Below are positions 40,782 through 53,749 of a DNA stretch of 64,000 nt, in pieces (position 1 is the first letter of the stretch; each line of letters starts with the position of its first letter). The notes under the pieces are model-generated. The model saw only the letters and a list, made by a program, of their open reading frames with translations, was not told where the DNA came from and searched no databases. Source of the stretch: Eledone cirrhosa (lineage: Eukaryota); NCBI GenBank assembly GCA_964016885.1, contig OZ024763.1, positions 3,534,001-3,598,000 of the forward strand, read 5' to 3'. Made by a program: the position numbers and the translations under genes.

Positions 40782-41488
40782 AAGCTGGACCACGCATATA
40801 AGCAGCAAAGTTGACATGGCCCGCAGAATGTGTTCCTGGATCCTTAGAACCTTCCAGTCGAGAGATTCCCGCACCATTATCCTTCTCTTCTCTACTTTTG
40901 CCCGACCACACCTTGAATACTTGTCCACTGTGGTCTCCCCACACGAAACAAAGTATCATGAAACTTGAAGCTCCTCAAAGGGCAATCACGAAAAAGATAG
41001 ATGGCATGTCAGACCTTGACTACTGGGGTCGATTAGAAAACCTGAAACTTTACTCACTCCAACGTCGCCGTGAGCGTTATATTATCTGCATGATGTGGAA
41101 AATGTTCCATCATCACTGCCCAAATGATGTTGGCATCGCCTTCAAGATACACCCAAGGCTTGGGCCCCGTGCTATCCGTCCCATTCAAAAATCTAAATCG
41201 CAACTCATAACAATACGGCACAATTATTTCACCTCAATCGGCCCTGCTCTCTTCAACATCACACCAGGACACGTCAAAACAGAAACTGACCACACAAAAT
41301 TCAAGAAGTCTTGGACAAATTCCTCCAAGTAATCCCGGACAAACCACCCACACCCGGATATGTCTCCGCAAACAGTAATTCTCTTCTCGAATGGGCCATG
41401 GTGCCCAAATCCTGAATTGAAAGACTTCGCCAGGTGGTGCTATTAAGTTAGACATGGCCTGGGCCAATACTGGCCAAAACATTTCAAA
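40782..41488 (+). mobile_element. CR1/L2-type LINE 3' fragment
   Basis: WSPH...LEAPQRAITKKI...LDYWGRLENLKLYSLQRRRERY C-terminal motif. Confidence 0.75.
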
Positions 41489-41614
41489 GTTATATACATA
41501 TATATATACAATATATATACATTATACAGTATATATACAATATATACATATATATATACATATATATATACAATATATATACATATATATATACAATATA
41601 TATACATATATATA

Positions 41615-42404
41615 CGAGTCGGATCCAGGGAACGGGGCCCGACGATAGGAAGAGGAAATGGCTAGACCATTTTAGGACCCTACTAGGAGAGCCACCCTCC
41701 ACAGCCCAGAGCACAGGGGAGATCAGGCGGCTGTTTGAGGAACTGGATGTTGAGACAGAGCCCTTCACCAGAGATGAGCTTCAGAGAGCCAAGAAGAGGA
41801 TCAAGGAGGGCAAGGCTCATGGAGAAGATGGAGTGGCATCAGAGGTGATGAAGAGGTGTGATTTTGATGATATCATCCTGGGGTTCTGTAACGGGGCACT
41901 GGAGAAAGGAGTTGCCCCGAATCAGTGGAGGATCAGTAACATCGTCCCAGTGCCAAAGAAGGGAGATCTCTCTAACACCAACAACTACCGGGGGATCTCA
42001 CTGACGTCACTTGTGGCAAAGACCCTCAACAGGATGATTCTTAACAGGATCCAGCCTGAGATGGAGAAGAAGCTCAGGGACAACCAGAACGGCTTCAGAG
42101 AGGGTAGATCAACCACCAGTCACATCCTGATGCTGAGGAGGATATTAGAGGGAGCTAGAGCAAAGTGCCTTCCTGCGGTCATGGTTTTCATTGACTTTAG
42201 GAAGGCCTTTGATTCTGTGGACCGTTACTGCCTGATGAAGATCTTACAGGCTTATGGAATCCCCAAGAGGATAGTGGACCTGATATCACTGCTCTACACC
42301 AACACCAAAGCCCAAGTCATTACACCTGATGCGATGACAGAGTTCTTTGAGATACTGGCTGGAGTGCTCCAGGGAGATACATTGGCTCCCTACCTTTTTA
42401 TCAT
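41615..42404 (+). mobile_element. RTE LINE RT fragment, same family as 12.7-15 kb
   Basis: ORF 41833..42489 near-identical to 13363..14235. Confidence 0.9.
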
Positions 42405-42911
42405 ACAATATATATATATACAATATATATATATATATATATATATACAATATATCTATATACAATATATATACAATATATATATATAAATACATATATA
42501 TACAATATATATATATATATACAATATATATATATATACAATATATGTACAATATATATATATATATACACACATACACATATACACACTTCCATCACAT
42601 ACAAACCTGACATACCCCCCCCCCCATGCCGCCATATCTTGTGTTATATTGCCAGTAATCCTGAAACACACACACACCACACACATCACACACACACACT
42701 CCACAGTCACACACTCCACACACACACACGCACACACACACCTGACACACCCCATAATATTTACTCCACCTGTCAAGGTCTCACACCACACTGTCACCCA
42801 CAGCACACCACTGCCACACACCCACCTGACACCCCCCATAATACTTACTCCACCCATCACGATTTCACACCCTTGCTTAAATCTCCAGTAATCCTGATTC
42901 ATAGGTTCCAC

Positions 42912-43014
42912 CTTTGATTCGTTTTTTTTCTTAACAAACTCTCGCAATGTTCTGATCTCGTGAGAGAGATCTTCATTAGACTTTTCCTTATGTATAGCTG
43001 TATTCTTCATTAAC
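42912..43014 (-). CDS. FHAD1: FHAD1-like exon LMKNTAIHKEK...KNESK (3' boundary uncertain)
   Basis: acacag acceptor, phase 2 start; weak AAG|gtggaa donor chosen because it gives phase 0. Confidence 0.6.
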
Positions 43015-43443
43015 CTGTGTAAATAGAAGTACATACATCCTTAGAGAGTTCCTCATTAGACAGGTCCTCGTTAGATTTATTTCTACATTATTCTATGTAC
43101 TATAAATGCACATGACAAAAAGTACCCAGACCTCACTGTAAAGTGGAGGTGTAGGTGTCACAACAAAAAGCACCCAGTACTCACTGTAAATGAGGTTGGC
43201 ATTTGGAAGGGCACCCAGCTGTAGAAACCAAGCCAAAATCAGTTCTGTATGAACAAGACATGGTCATCTGAGCTGGCTTTGCCCACAACAGGACAACTTG
43301 TCTAACCCATACCAGTGTGAAGATGATGATGACATATATATAAATGCTATCACCCTTAACGGGATCTTCTGAAGACCCCGTTAAGGGTGAAAGCAGCAAT
43401 TCTTTGCTTAAACTTTAATCTATTATTTTAATATATATTACAA

Positions 43444-43531
43444 GGAGTCTGACGAGCCGTGGATTACAGAGTCAGGTCAGATCGATACAGATCTAACCTT
43501 GAGCTGATCAGTGGCGAAACGTGCGTCACCA
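43444..43531 (+). ncRNA. Hammerhead-like motif with extended stem II
   Basis: CTGACGA-GCC...GGC-GAAA-CGTGCG-TC-acc, then AATAAA; partial minus copy ~37200-37260. Confidence 0.55.
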
Positions 43532-43708
43532 ACCAATAAAGGTAATGAAGGAGTAACCAATCGTCCTTGTTATCTTATTTCACTATAATACACTCTGTCT
43601 AGCTCTACACCTCGACACTGAAGTGAACCTAAACATCGAGTGCTCACCCAGGTGAACCTACAGTAACTCCAAGTTACACTCCCTGGATATATGTATATAT
43701 ATATATAT

Positions 43709-44618
43709 ATAGTTAAAAGAATAGAGGTGTAACACACAAGTTATTATATATTGGTAAACGGAATAGAAAATGCTGACAAATTGTTCACAGTTGAAAAATG
43801 GTTTAATTAGGAATAAAAGAGTATTAGTGATTGTATGGGTTAGTATTCAGTTGTGGTTTTAAGTTTTTAAGTTTTTACCGGTTGCGCATTTCTAAATGCT
43901 TTTCAAAAATAATTTTGAGATAGAGTGTCCGTGCTGTTTGCTCTGATCTGATTAGTTTTGGGAATTCTACCTGTTTTTATGTTAAAAAATGGCTCCAGCG
44001 TTATTTTTGTGTTGCAAAAATGCTTGTGGTCAAAACAATTTTGATTGGTCGGTAGAGGTCATGTGAATGTAAAAAGTTGATTTTGCGCCAAGACTGTTTT
44101 TATGTTAAAATGTTAGAAAAGTGGCTCCAGCAAAAATTATTGGTCAAAACAATTTTGATTGGTCGGTAGAGGCGCAAAACCAATTTTTTATCCACATGAC
44201 CTCTACCGACCAATCAAAATTGTTTTGACCAATAATTTTTGCTGGAGCCACTTTTCTAACATTTTAACATAAAAACAGTCTTGGCGCAAAATCAACTTTT
44301 TACATTCACATGACCTCTACCGACCAATCAAAATTGTTTTGACCACAAGCATTTTTGCAACACAAAAATAACGCTGGAGCCATTTTTTTAACATAAAAAC
44401 AGGTAGAATTCCCAAAACTAATCAGATCAGAGCAAACAGCACGGACACTCTATCTCAAAATTATTTTTGAAAAGCATTTAGAAATGCGCAACCGGTAAAA
44501 ACTTAAAAACTTAAAACCACAACTGAATACTAACCCATACAATCACTAATACTCTTTTATTCCTAATTAAACCATTTTTCAACTGTGAACAATTTGTCAG
44601 CATTTTCTATTCCGTTTA

Positions 44619-44625
<7 letters not shown>
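43709..44625. repeat. ~0.9-kb near-perfect inverted repeat; left arm also present as a direct copy at 36440..36800
   Basis: 43745..44160 is the reverse complement of ~44190..44625. Confidence 0.9.
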
Positions 44626-44658
<33 letters not shown>

Positions 44659-45302
44659 AAAAGAGAAAACACAGGTAGGCATTAAAAAAAGGATTTTATC
44701 CAGGTATTTACGACCGTTTCATTGGTAAGCGCAACCTTATATCGCTATACTGCAAATAGCAGCCAATCGATAATAACTGTTATTCACCTCCAAATTTTCA
44801 AAATATATATATATAGGTTGGTGTTAGGAAGGGCATCCAGCTGTAGAAATCAAGCCAGAATCAGTTCCCGTCCCACCCTTGCAAGCAGGGAAAAGTGGAC
44901 GTAAAATGATGATGATGATGATGATGATATATACAGAATTAGCCGTCGAAACGGCTTGAGCTCAGCCGTCGGGGTCTTACCTGTTCCTATTACCCACTCT
45001 ACTACCTTAAGTATTGAGTACTTTGGTGCGTTATGGTCCACCTGGTTCCTTACCACATTTCCTTCGTTATATATGTATATATAGAAATATATCTTACTGG
45101 TAATAAGATAGTAATAAATTACTGTCTTTCACTGTTTAGGGTTTAAAATATATATAACTATAAAAGGTTTTAGTATATACATAACCATAAATAGTATCCT
45201 TAATACTATATGTATATATATATATATATGTATAAATATATATGTATATATATATATATGTATATATATATGTATATATATATATATGTGTGTGTTACTT
45301 AC

Positions 45303-45462
45303 TCTAACTCTCCCTCTAGTTTAGAGATGGTGTCCTTCTTGTTGATAATCTCCTGTGACAAAGCTGCATACTTCTCTCTCATATTGACCATCTCCTGGCG
45401 GTGTCTGCGCACATATTCTCGATTCACTTCTAACTCTTCTTTATTATCTTCACTGAGCTCAC
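45303..45462 (-). CDS. FHAD1: FHAD1-like exon ELSEDNKEELE...LEGEL (160 nt, 1/2)
   Basis: cttcag acceptor, GA|gtaagt donor. Confidence 0.85.
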
Positions 45463-45574
45463 CTGAAGTACATGTAGTAGTAGTAATAGTAGTAGTAGTA
45501 GTAGTAGCAGTAGTAGTAGTAGTAGTAGTAGTAGTAACAGTAGTAGTAGTAGTAGTAGTAGCAGTAGTAGCAGC

Positions 45575-45615
<41 letters not shown>

Positions 45616-45639
45616 AGCAGCAACAACCACCACCCCAGA

Positions 45640-47185
45640 TTAAAAGGGGCCCAACCCCTCTCACCTGCCATACCAGATAACCACAACAACAATTACAACC
45701 CCAGTTCCCCAACAACCCCCTAATTAAAAGGGCCCAGCCCTTAATAATCTCACCAGCACCACCACCACCACCACCACAAGCCCCTAATTACCAGAGCCCA
45801 GCCCTAACCATCTCACCAGCATCACCACCACAATAACCACCTAACAAAAGGGTCCAGCCCTTATTATCTCACCTGCCATATCTGACAACCTACTGTAAGC
45901 CCCACCACCACCACAAGCCCCTAATTAACAAGATCCAGCCCCTAATTATCTCACCTGCCATATCTCACAACCACCACCACCACAAGCCCCTAATTAACAA
46001 GGTTCAGCCCTAATTATCTCACCTGCCATATCTCACAACCACCACCACCACAAGCCCCTAATTAACAAGATCCAGCCCCTAATTATCTCACCTGCCATAT
46101 CTCACAACCACCACCACCACAAGCCCCTAATTAACAAGATCCAGCCCCTAATTATCTCACCTGCCATATCTCACAACCACCACCACCACCACAAGACCCT
46201 AATTAACAAGGTCCAGCCCCTAATTATCTCACCTGCCATATCTCACAACCACCACCACAAGCCCCTAATTAACAAGGTCCAGCCCCTAATTATCTCACCT
46301 GCCATATCTCACAACCACAACCACCACAAGCCCCTAATTAACAAAGTCCAGCCCTAATTATCTCACCTGCCATATCTCACAACCACCACAAGCCCCTAAT
46401 TAACAAGGTCCAGCCCCTAATTATCTCACCTGCCATATCTCACAACCACCACCACCACCACCACAAGCCCCTAATTAACAAGGTCCAGCCCCTAATTATC
46501 TCACCTGCCATATCTCACAACCACCACCACCACCACAAGACCCTAATTAACAAGGTCCAGCCCCTAATTATCTCACCTGCCATATCTCACAACCACCACA
46601 AGCCCCTAATTAACAAGGTCCAGCCCCTAATTATCTCACCTGCCATATCTCACAACCACCACCACCACCACAAGACCCTAATTAACAAGGTCCAGCCCCT
46701 AATTATCTCACCTGCCATATCTCACAACCACCACCACCACCACAAGACCCTAATTAACAAGGTCCAGCCCCTAATTATCTCACCTGCCATATCTCACAAC
46801 CACCACCACCACCACCACCACAAGCCCCTAATTAACAAGGTCCAGCCCTAATTATCTCACCTGCCATATCTCACAACCACCACCACCACCACCACAAGCC
46901 CCTAATTAACAAGGTCCAGCCCCTAACTATCTCACCTGCCATATCTCACAACCACCACCACCACCACCACCACCACAAGACCCTAATTAACAAGGTCCAG
47001 CCCTAACTATCTCACCTGCCATATCTCACCACCACCACCACCACCACCACCACCACAAGACCCTAATTAACAAGGTCCAGCCCTAATTATCTCACCTGCC
47101 ATATCTCACAACCACCACCACCACCACCACAAGCCTCTAATTAACAAGGTCCAGCCCCTAATTATCTCACCTGCCACATCTGACA
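45640..47185 (-). repeat. ~65-80-bp tandem array containing exon end plus donor (~20 copies)
   Basis: Each unit carries GATATGGCAG|GTGAGATAATTAGGGG on minus, with a variable (CCA)n tract. Confidence 0.95.
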
Positions 47186-47277
47186 ATCTACTGTAGGCAT
47201 CAATAATATCTTGTCTCTGATTAACAATCAGTCCATCTTTTTCCTGTAAAACATGTTTTAACTGAAGCATTTCTCCT
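47171..47277 (-). CDS. FHAD1: FHAD1-like exon GEMLQLKHVLQ...RLSDVA (107 nt, 2/1)
   Basis: tttcag acceptor, CAG|gtgaga donor. Confidence 0.85.
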
Positions 47278-47390
47278 CTGAAATACAAAATATAAACTTG
47301 AATATAAACAAGTGTGTGTGTAAGTGGAACTTAGGAAGTGTTTGAGGGTTCATAGAATGTGTAGCTCACTTCTCTCACCATATATATAAA

Positions 47391-47476
<86 letters not shown>

Positions 47477-47650
47477 TATGTGTGTGAGAGCCTGCTTGTC
47501 TGTGTATGTGTGTGTGTGTGTCTGTGTGTGTGTGTGCCTGTCTGTCTGTGTGTGTGTGTGAGCCTGCTTGTGTGTGTGTGTGTGCCTGTGTGTGTATGTG
47601 TGTGTGTGCCTGTCTGTGTGTATGGGTGTGTGTGTATGTGTGAGCCTGCT

Positions 47651-47690
<40 letters not shown>

Positions 47691-48159
47691 CCTGTCTGTC
47701 TCTGTGTATGTGTGTGTGTGAGAGAGCCTGCTTGTGTGTGTGTGTGTATGAGCCTGCTTGTCTATGTGTGTGTGTGTGTGCCTGTCTGTATGTGTGTATG
47801 TGTGTGAGAGCCTGCTTGTCTGTGTGTGTGTGTGTATGTGTGCCTGTCTGTCTGTGTGTATGTGTGTGTGTGAGAGAGCCTGCTTGTCTGTGTGTGTGTG
47901 TGCCTGCCTGTGTGTGTGTGTGTATGAGCCTGCTTGTCTATGTGCGTGTGTGTGCCTGTCTGTATGTGTGTATGTGTGTGTGAGCCTGTGTGTGTGTGTG
48001 TGTGTGCCTGTCTGGATGTGTGTATGTGTGTGTGGAACTTATGAAGTGCTACATAGTTTTGGGTGTTTATAAAAAAATGTAGAAAACTGAGACACAGAAA
48101 ATAACTGTAAACACAGTTGGTTGTTATAAATAGTTTGTTAATTAAATAATTAATTGGCA

Positions 48160-48486
48160 AAGTCCTTTCATCACAGCATGTGTCCTTCTCAACAACACTC
48201 TCCCTCAGTCTCTCTTTTAAGTCCTTTCATCACAGCATGTGACCTTCTCAACAACACTCTCCCTCAGTCTCTCTTTTAAGTCCTTTCATTAGAACATGTG
48301 ACCTTCTCAACAACACTCTCCCTCAGTCTCTCTTTTAAGTCCTTTCATCACAGCATGTGACCTTCTCAACAACACTCTCCATCAATCTCTCTTTTAAGTC
48401 CTTTCCTCACAGCATGTGACCTTCTCAACAACACTCTCCATCAATCTCTCTTTTAAGTCCTTTCCTCACAGCATGTGGCCTTCTGA
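48160..48486. repeat. 59-bp minisatellite, ~5.5 copies
   Basis: AAGTCCTTTCATCACAGCATGTGACCTTCTCAACAACAC... Confidence 0.9.
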
Positions 48487-48589
48487 ATGATTACAACATG
48501 TAATAAAATACAAAATGAAGTAAAGGAGAATAGCTAGAGAGTGAAGGCTGCAGATGACTGGAGCATGGAAGCCATAACTGACTGGGTGG

Positions 48590-48895
48590 TGGAGATGACC
48601 AGATGCTACACAGATGACCATAGAGTGCAGATGATCAGAGGGTGGAGATGATGGGGGCAGTAGATGACCACAAGGTGCAGATGTCCAAAGGGTGGAGATG
48701 TCCAGATGATGGGAGCAGTAGCTGACCATAGGGTGGAGATGTCCAGATGATGGGGGCAGTAGATGACCACAAGGTGCAGATGTCCAAAGGGTGGAGATGT
48801 CCAGATGATGGGAGCAGTAGCTGACCATAGGGTGGAGATGTCCAGATGATGGGGGCAGTAGATGACCACAAGGTGCAGATGTCCAGAGGGTGGAA
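48590..48895. repeat. Compound GATG-rich minisatellite
   Basis: GGTGGAGATGTCCAGATGATGGG units. Confidence 0.85.
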
Positions 48896-48939
48896 GCTGA
48901 AGTCAGAAATGATATTGGAAACATTTAGTGAAAGTTTAC

Positions 48940-49051
48940 CTTAGAGTTGCAATTTCTGTTTCCATTCCTAAGATATCCTGTGGAGGGTTTTGAACAATAA
49001 TTTGTGGTTTGTGTGGTAGAAAGCTGCTTGGTGGTATGCTGGTTCTCTCCT
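48940..49051 (-). CDS. FHAD1: FHAD1-like exon ERTSIPPSS...ETEIATL (112 nt, 1/2)
   Basis: ttgtag acceptor, AG|gtaaac donor, phases match. Confidence 0.75.
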
Positions 49052-49469
49052 CTACAATAGTAAATTACACACATAACACTGTTAATATGCACTTTGTATA
49101 GTGATGGATTGGTTCTCTCTACAAGAGTAAATTACAGACATGACAATGTTGATATGTGCTTTGTATGGTGGTAGATAATAGATCGGTTCTCTCTACAATA
49201 GTAAATTAAATCTGGTTGGTGTTAGGAAGAACATCTAGCAGCAGTAAAAAAGCTAGCCAAAACACAGGGTAGCCCAAATGTCTGAAGGGTATCCTATATG
49301 TCTGGGAGAGCTCCTGTGTGTCCAAGGAGGGTGAGCGCTATATGTCCAAAGAGAAGGAGGTGGCATGTTAATATAATGAAACATTATTTTAATATTATTT
49401 AATATTTTTTATCTCTCAATTCGAATTGAGATTCTTTCAGAGATTCTTTTCTAAGACATTCTAATGTCT

Positions 49470-50838
49470 CGGGAAAGAATCTCTGAATTGAGAGATCACA
49501 GCTCTGTTACTACAGAAATGTGGTTAGAATGTCTCAGGAAAGAATCTTAGAATTGAGAGATCACAGCTCTGATACTACAGAAATGTGGTTAGAATGTCTC
49601 AGGAAAGAATCTTAGATTTGAGAGATCACAGCTCTGATACTACAGAAATGTGGTTAGAATTTCTCAGAAAAGAATCTCTGAATTGAGAGATCACAGCTCT
49701 GATACTACAGACATGTGGTTAGAATGTCTCAGGAAAGAATCTCTGAATTGTGAGATCACAGCTCTGATACTACAGACATGTGGTTAGAATGTCTCAGGAA
49801 AGAATCTTAGAATTGAGAGATCACAGCTCTGATACTACAGACATGTGGTTAGAATGTCTCAGGAAAGAATCTTAGAATTGAGAGATCACAGCTCTGATAC
49901 TACAGAAATGTGGTTAGAATGTCTCAGGAAAGAATCTTAGAATTGAGAGATCACAGCTCTGATACTACAGAAATGTGGTTAGAATGTCTCAGGAAAGAAT
50001 CTTAGAATTGAGAGATCACAGCTCTGATACTACAGAAATGTGGTTAGAATTTCTCAGGAAAGAATCTTAGAATTGAGAGATCACAGCTCTGATACTACAG
50101 AAATGTGGTTAGAATTTCTCAGAAAAGAATCTCTGAATTGAGAAATCACAGCTCTGATACTACAGACATGTGGTTAGAATGTCTCAGGAAAGAATCTCTG
50201 AATTGAGAGATCACAGCTCTGATACTACAGACATGTGGTTAGAATGTCTCAGGAAAGAATCTTAGAATTGAGAGATCACAGCTCTGATACTACAGAAATG
50301 TGGTTAGAATTTCTCAGGAAAGAATATTAGAATTGAGAGATCACAGCTCTGATACTACAGAAATGTGGTTAGAATGTCTCAGGAAAGAATCTTAGAATTG
50401 AGAGATCACAGCTCTGATACTACAGACATGTGGTTAGAATTTCTCAGGAAAGAATCTCTGAATTGAGAGATCACAGCTCTGATACTACAGACATGTGGTT
50501 AGAATGTCTCAGGAAAGAATCTTAGAATTGAGAGATCACAGCTCTGATACTACAGACATGTGGTTAGAATTTCTCAGGAAAGAATCTTAGAATTGAGAGA
50601 TCACACCTCTGATACTATGGATATGTAGTTAGTGTCTCAGGAAAGAATCTTAGAATTGAAAGATCACACCTCTGATACTACAGACATGTGGTTAGAATTT
50701 CTCAGGAAAGAATCTTAGAATTGAGAGATCACACCTCTGATATTATGGATATGTAGTTAGTGTCTCAGGAAAGAATCTTAGAATTGAGAGATCAAACCTC
50801 TGATACTATGGATATGTAGTTAGAGTGTCTCAGGAAAG
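49470..50838. repeat. 65-bp minisatellite, ~21 copies
   Basis: GAATTGAGAGATCACAGCTCTGATACTACAG... Confidence 0.95.
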
Positions 50839-51364
50839 CATCACTGGACAGATTTTACAGGCAAAACCAACCGGCAGAAGACCCAGGAGTAGACCCTGAA
50901 CAAGATGGTTGGATAACGTCCATGAACTGGATGAACTTTTTTGACAGGACCTGCTGAAAGGAGTGTTTGAGGACTCTGCCCCCACGACCCCCTCAGGAAT
51001 AATTGGGTGAAGATTATTATTTTAAATATATAGATTAAACAAAACAATAAAAGATATCTTACCATCATTATATACAAATCCCGCTGAGGTTAACTTTGCC
51101 TTTCATCCTTACGGGGTCGATAAAATAAAGTACCAGTAATACACTGAGTAATTGCTGGCCTTGTACCAAAAGTAGAAACAATTGTATACAACAAAAAAAC
51201 CCCACAGGAAGATCCGACCGAGTAAAAAAAAAAATGTTTTCAGAAGAAAAGTTTATTCTTTTATCATCGTTGTTTTTAAAAGATAAATCTTGTTTAATTT
51301 CCTTTTGTGACATCATCAAACAGTGGTTTAAACTTTGGTGACATCATTCGAAGTAATTTTTTTA

Positions 51365-51406
<42 letters not shown>

Positions 51407-51458
51407 ATGTATGTGTGTGTGTGTGCGTATATGTGTGTAGATATATATATGTGTGTGC

Positions 51459-51511
<53 letters not shown>

Positions 51512-51512
51512 C

Positions 51513-51566
<54 letters not shown>

Positions 51567-51654
51567 ATGTGTATATATATATGTGTGTGTATATATATGT
51601 TTGTGTTTATATATAAATATAGATATATATGTGTGTGTGTGTGTATGTTTGTGT

Positions 51655-52000
51655 CATCATCATCCTTTTACGTCTGCTTTTCCCTGCTTGCAAGGGTGGG
51701 ACGGGTCTTATTCAGCACATCATCTCTCCACTTGTCACGGTCCTTCATCATCTCCTCCGCGAGCTTCAGCGATCTGAGGTCTGTTCTCACCACCTTCGCC
51801 CATGTTTTTCGTGGTCTTCCTCTATTGCGTCTTCCTTCTACTGGGATTTCTTGGCACTTCTTTACCCAGCAGTTATCTTCCATGCGCATCACATGTCCAT
51901 ACCAATGCAGTCTTCTCTCCCGCACACTCCAGCCTATACCTCTTATACCCAGTTTCTCTCTCAACTCATCCATGCTTGGTCATTCACGTACATTGACATT
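51655..52000 (-). mobile_element. RTE-like 3' end fragment
   Basis: ERRLHWYGHVMRM...GRPRKTW; tail shared with local SINEs. Confidence 0.75.
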
Positions 52001-52123
52001 GTAGAACTAACCTAGGGTGTTAAATACCCAGGCACTAGCTCTGCTTGCTCCTATCTTAATACAGAAAAACATACAATAAAAAAAACAATTAAAACGTTAT
52101 AAAAGAATAACATGAGAATTTAC

Positions 52124-52370
52124 CATGTAAGTGATTCTGTAGTTGTTGTATTGTCTGTGAATATTCAGTATTGAGTCTGTTGGACTTCTGTAATCTCTCC
52201 TCCAACGAACAAATGGTGATGGAATGCTGCTTCAATTGTTCTTTATATTCAGATATGTCCACCTGGAACTGACTTCTGCTGCCATCAATGTCAGCTTTTA
52301 ACAGTTCCACCTCTGATTCATGTCTTTTCCTTTCTTCTCTTTTCTCTAACTCCAACTGTTCTTTACATAC
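52124..52370 (-). CDS. FHAD1: FHAD1-like exon VCKEQLELEK...LQNHLH (247 nt, 0/1)
   Basis: tttcag acceptor, G|gtaaat donor; contains QHSITICSLEERL motif. Confidence 0.85.
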
Positions 52371-52749
52371 CTGAAACAACACATAGAGATACACAGGTGC
52401 TGTGAACCTGGGTAGACCAGCAATATAGTTGACAGGGGTTGAAACTGCCAAAGTCTACCTCAACGAAAGGTTGAAGACTGAAGACCTTGGGGTTCTGTGT
52501 CTTTCGTTTGTCTTTTTATTTTCAAAAAGAGATTTTCCCCCCTCAAAAAAATTTTTTTTTTTGTTCTTCCTTGTTTTTGTTGTTGTTACTTTAATTATTT
52601 AAATTTTATTTTATATATGTGTGTGTGTGTGTGTGCATGTATATGTGTGTGTGTGTGTGTGCATGTATATGTGTGTGTGTGTGTGTGCATGTATATGTGT
52701 GTGTGTGTGTGTGCATGTATATGTGTGTGTGTGTGTGTGCATGTATATG

Positions 52750-52781
<32 letters not shown>

Positions 52782-53315
52782 CTCACATACATATACATAT
52801 ATATATATACTCACACACACATATGTATATATATTCATAGAATAATGGGAAAAACTCAACGCAAGGAAGCTGTTACAACAGCAAAATGCCGTCAATAACC
52901 GTGTTGGGTAAAATTTACCTCAAACGACAAAAATCAGCAGTGTTGGCCCACAGAAGCGATAGAAAGAAAGGAGAAAAGGAAGAAAAATGGACGAGGAAAG
53001 ATCACACAAACATTTAAATACACTCATCAGTTTTTAGGCCGCTTGTGGTTTCGACGATTTAACTAAAAATACCACGTAAAATAGACGGCTCGTTCAACGG
53101 AGAATCAAATATCTCTGTTAGTAAGATGTGTGAGGAACAAACAGATTAGATAGACAGACAGACAGAGCAGAGAGAGAGAAAAATAAAGTGCCACCACCGC
53201 CAACATCACCACCACCACCAACATCAACACCACCACCTCTACCACCACCACCACCTCTACCACAACCACCACCACCACCACCTCTACCACCACCACCAAC
53301 ACCACTAAACCTCAC

Positions 53316-53396
53316 CTTAAGTTCTTCAATTTCTGACCAAACTTTGTTGACTTCACCCAGTCTATCCTGAGTCTCTTGGTCTTTGGAGCTGATCAG
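53316..53396 (-). CDS. FHAD1: FHAD1-like exon LISSKDQETQ...IEELK (81 nt, 0/0)
   Basis: ttacag acceptor, AAG|gtgagg donor. Confidence 0.8.
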
Positions 53397-53541
53397 CTGT
53401 AACAGGATAAGACAGAGGTCAGTGTTTGGAACATAACTTAACAAAGGTTCTTACATATAATTATTATGGAAGGTACAGTTTAAAAAAATCAGTTTTGTTA
53501 AATGTTTGTGGAATGAAATAAAAGTTCTTTATAGTTCCAAC

Positions 53542-53669
53542 CTCTTTCAGTTTTACGATCGTAGAATTCAGTTCCTCCATTTTCTTCTGTTCATTCTTTA
53601 AGAGGTTTTCCTGTTTTTCAGCTTCCAATATTTTCACTTCTTCAACAGTTTTCTTGACTTCCACCTTCC
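53542..53669 (-). CDS. FHAD1: FHAD1-like exon KVEVKKTVEE...VKLKE (128 nt, 1/0)
   Basis: aaacag acceptor, GAG|gttgga donor. Confidence 0.75.
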
Positions 53670-53749
53670 CTGTTTAATATTTTTTACATTGGTTACAGTT
53701 CAATAAAGATATATAAATTGGGATATAAAGTTATGTTGGTTCCACAAAA

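Noticed and set aside
45900-47160. Repeat-with-variable-spacer pattern superficially like a CRISPR array
   Set aside because: The variable part is only (CCA)n length, there are no unique spacers or cas genes, and the context is eukaryotic
53015-53065. CTGATGA and CGAAAC on minus as a hammerhead
   Set aside because: Motif order and stems do not form a valid core
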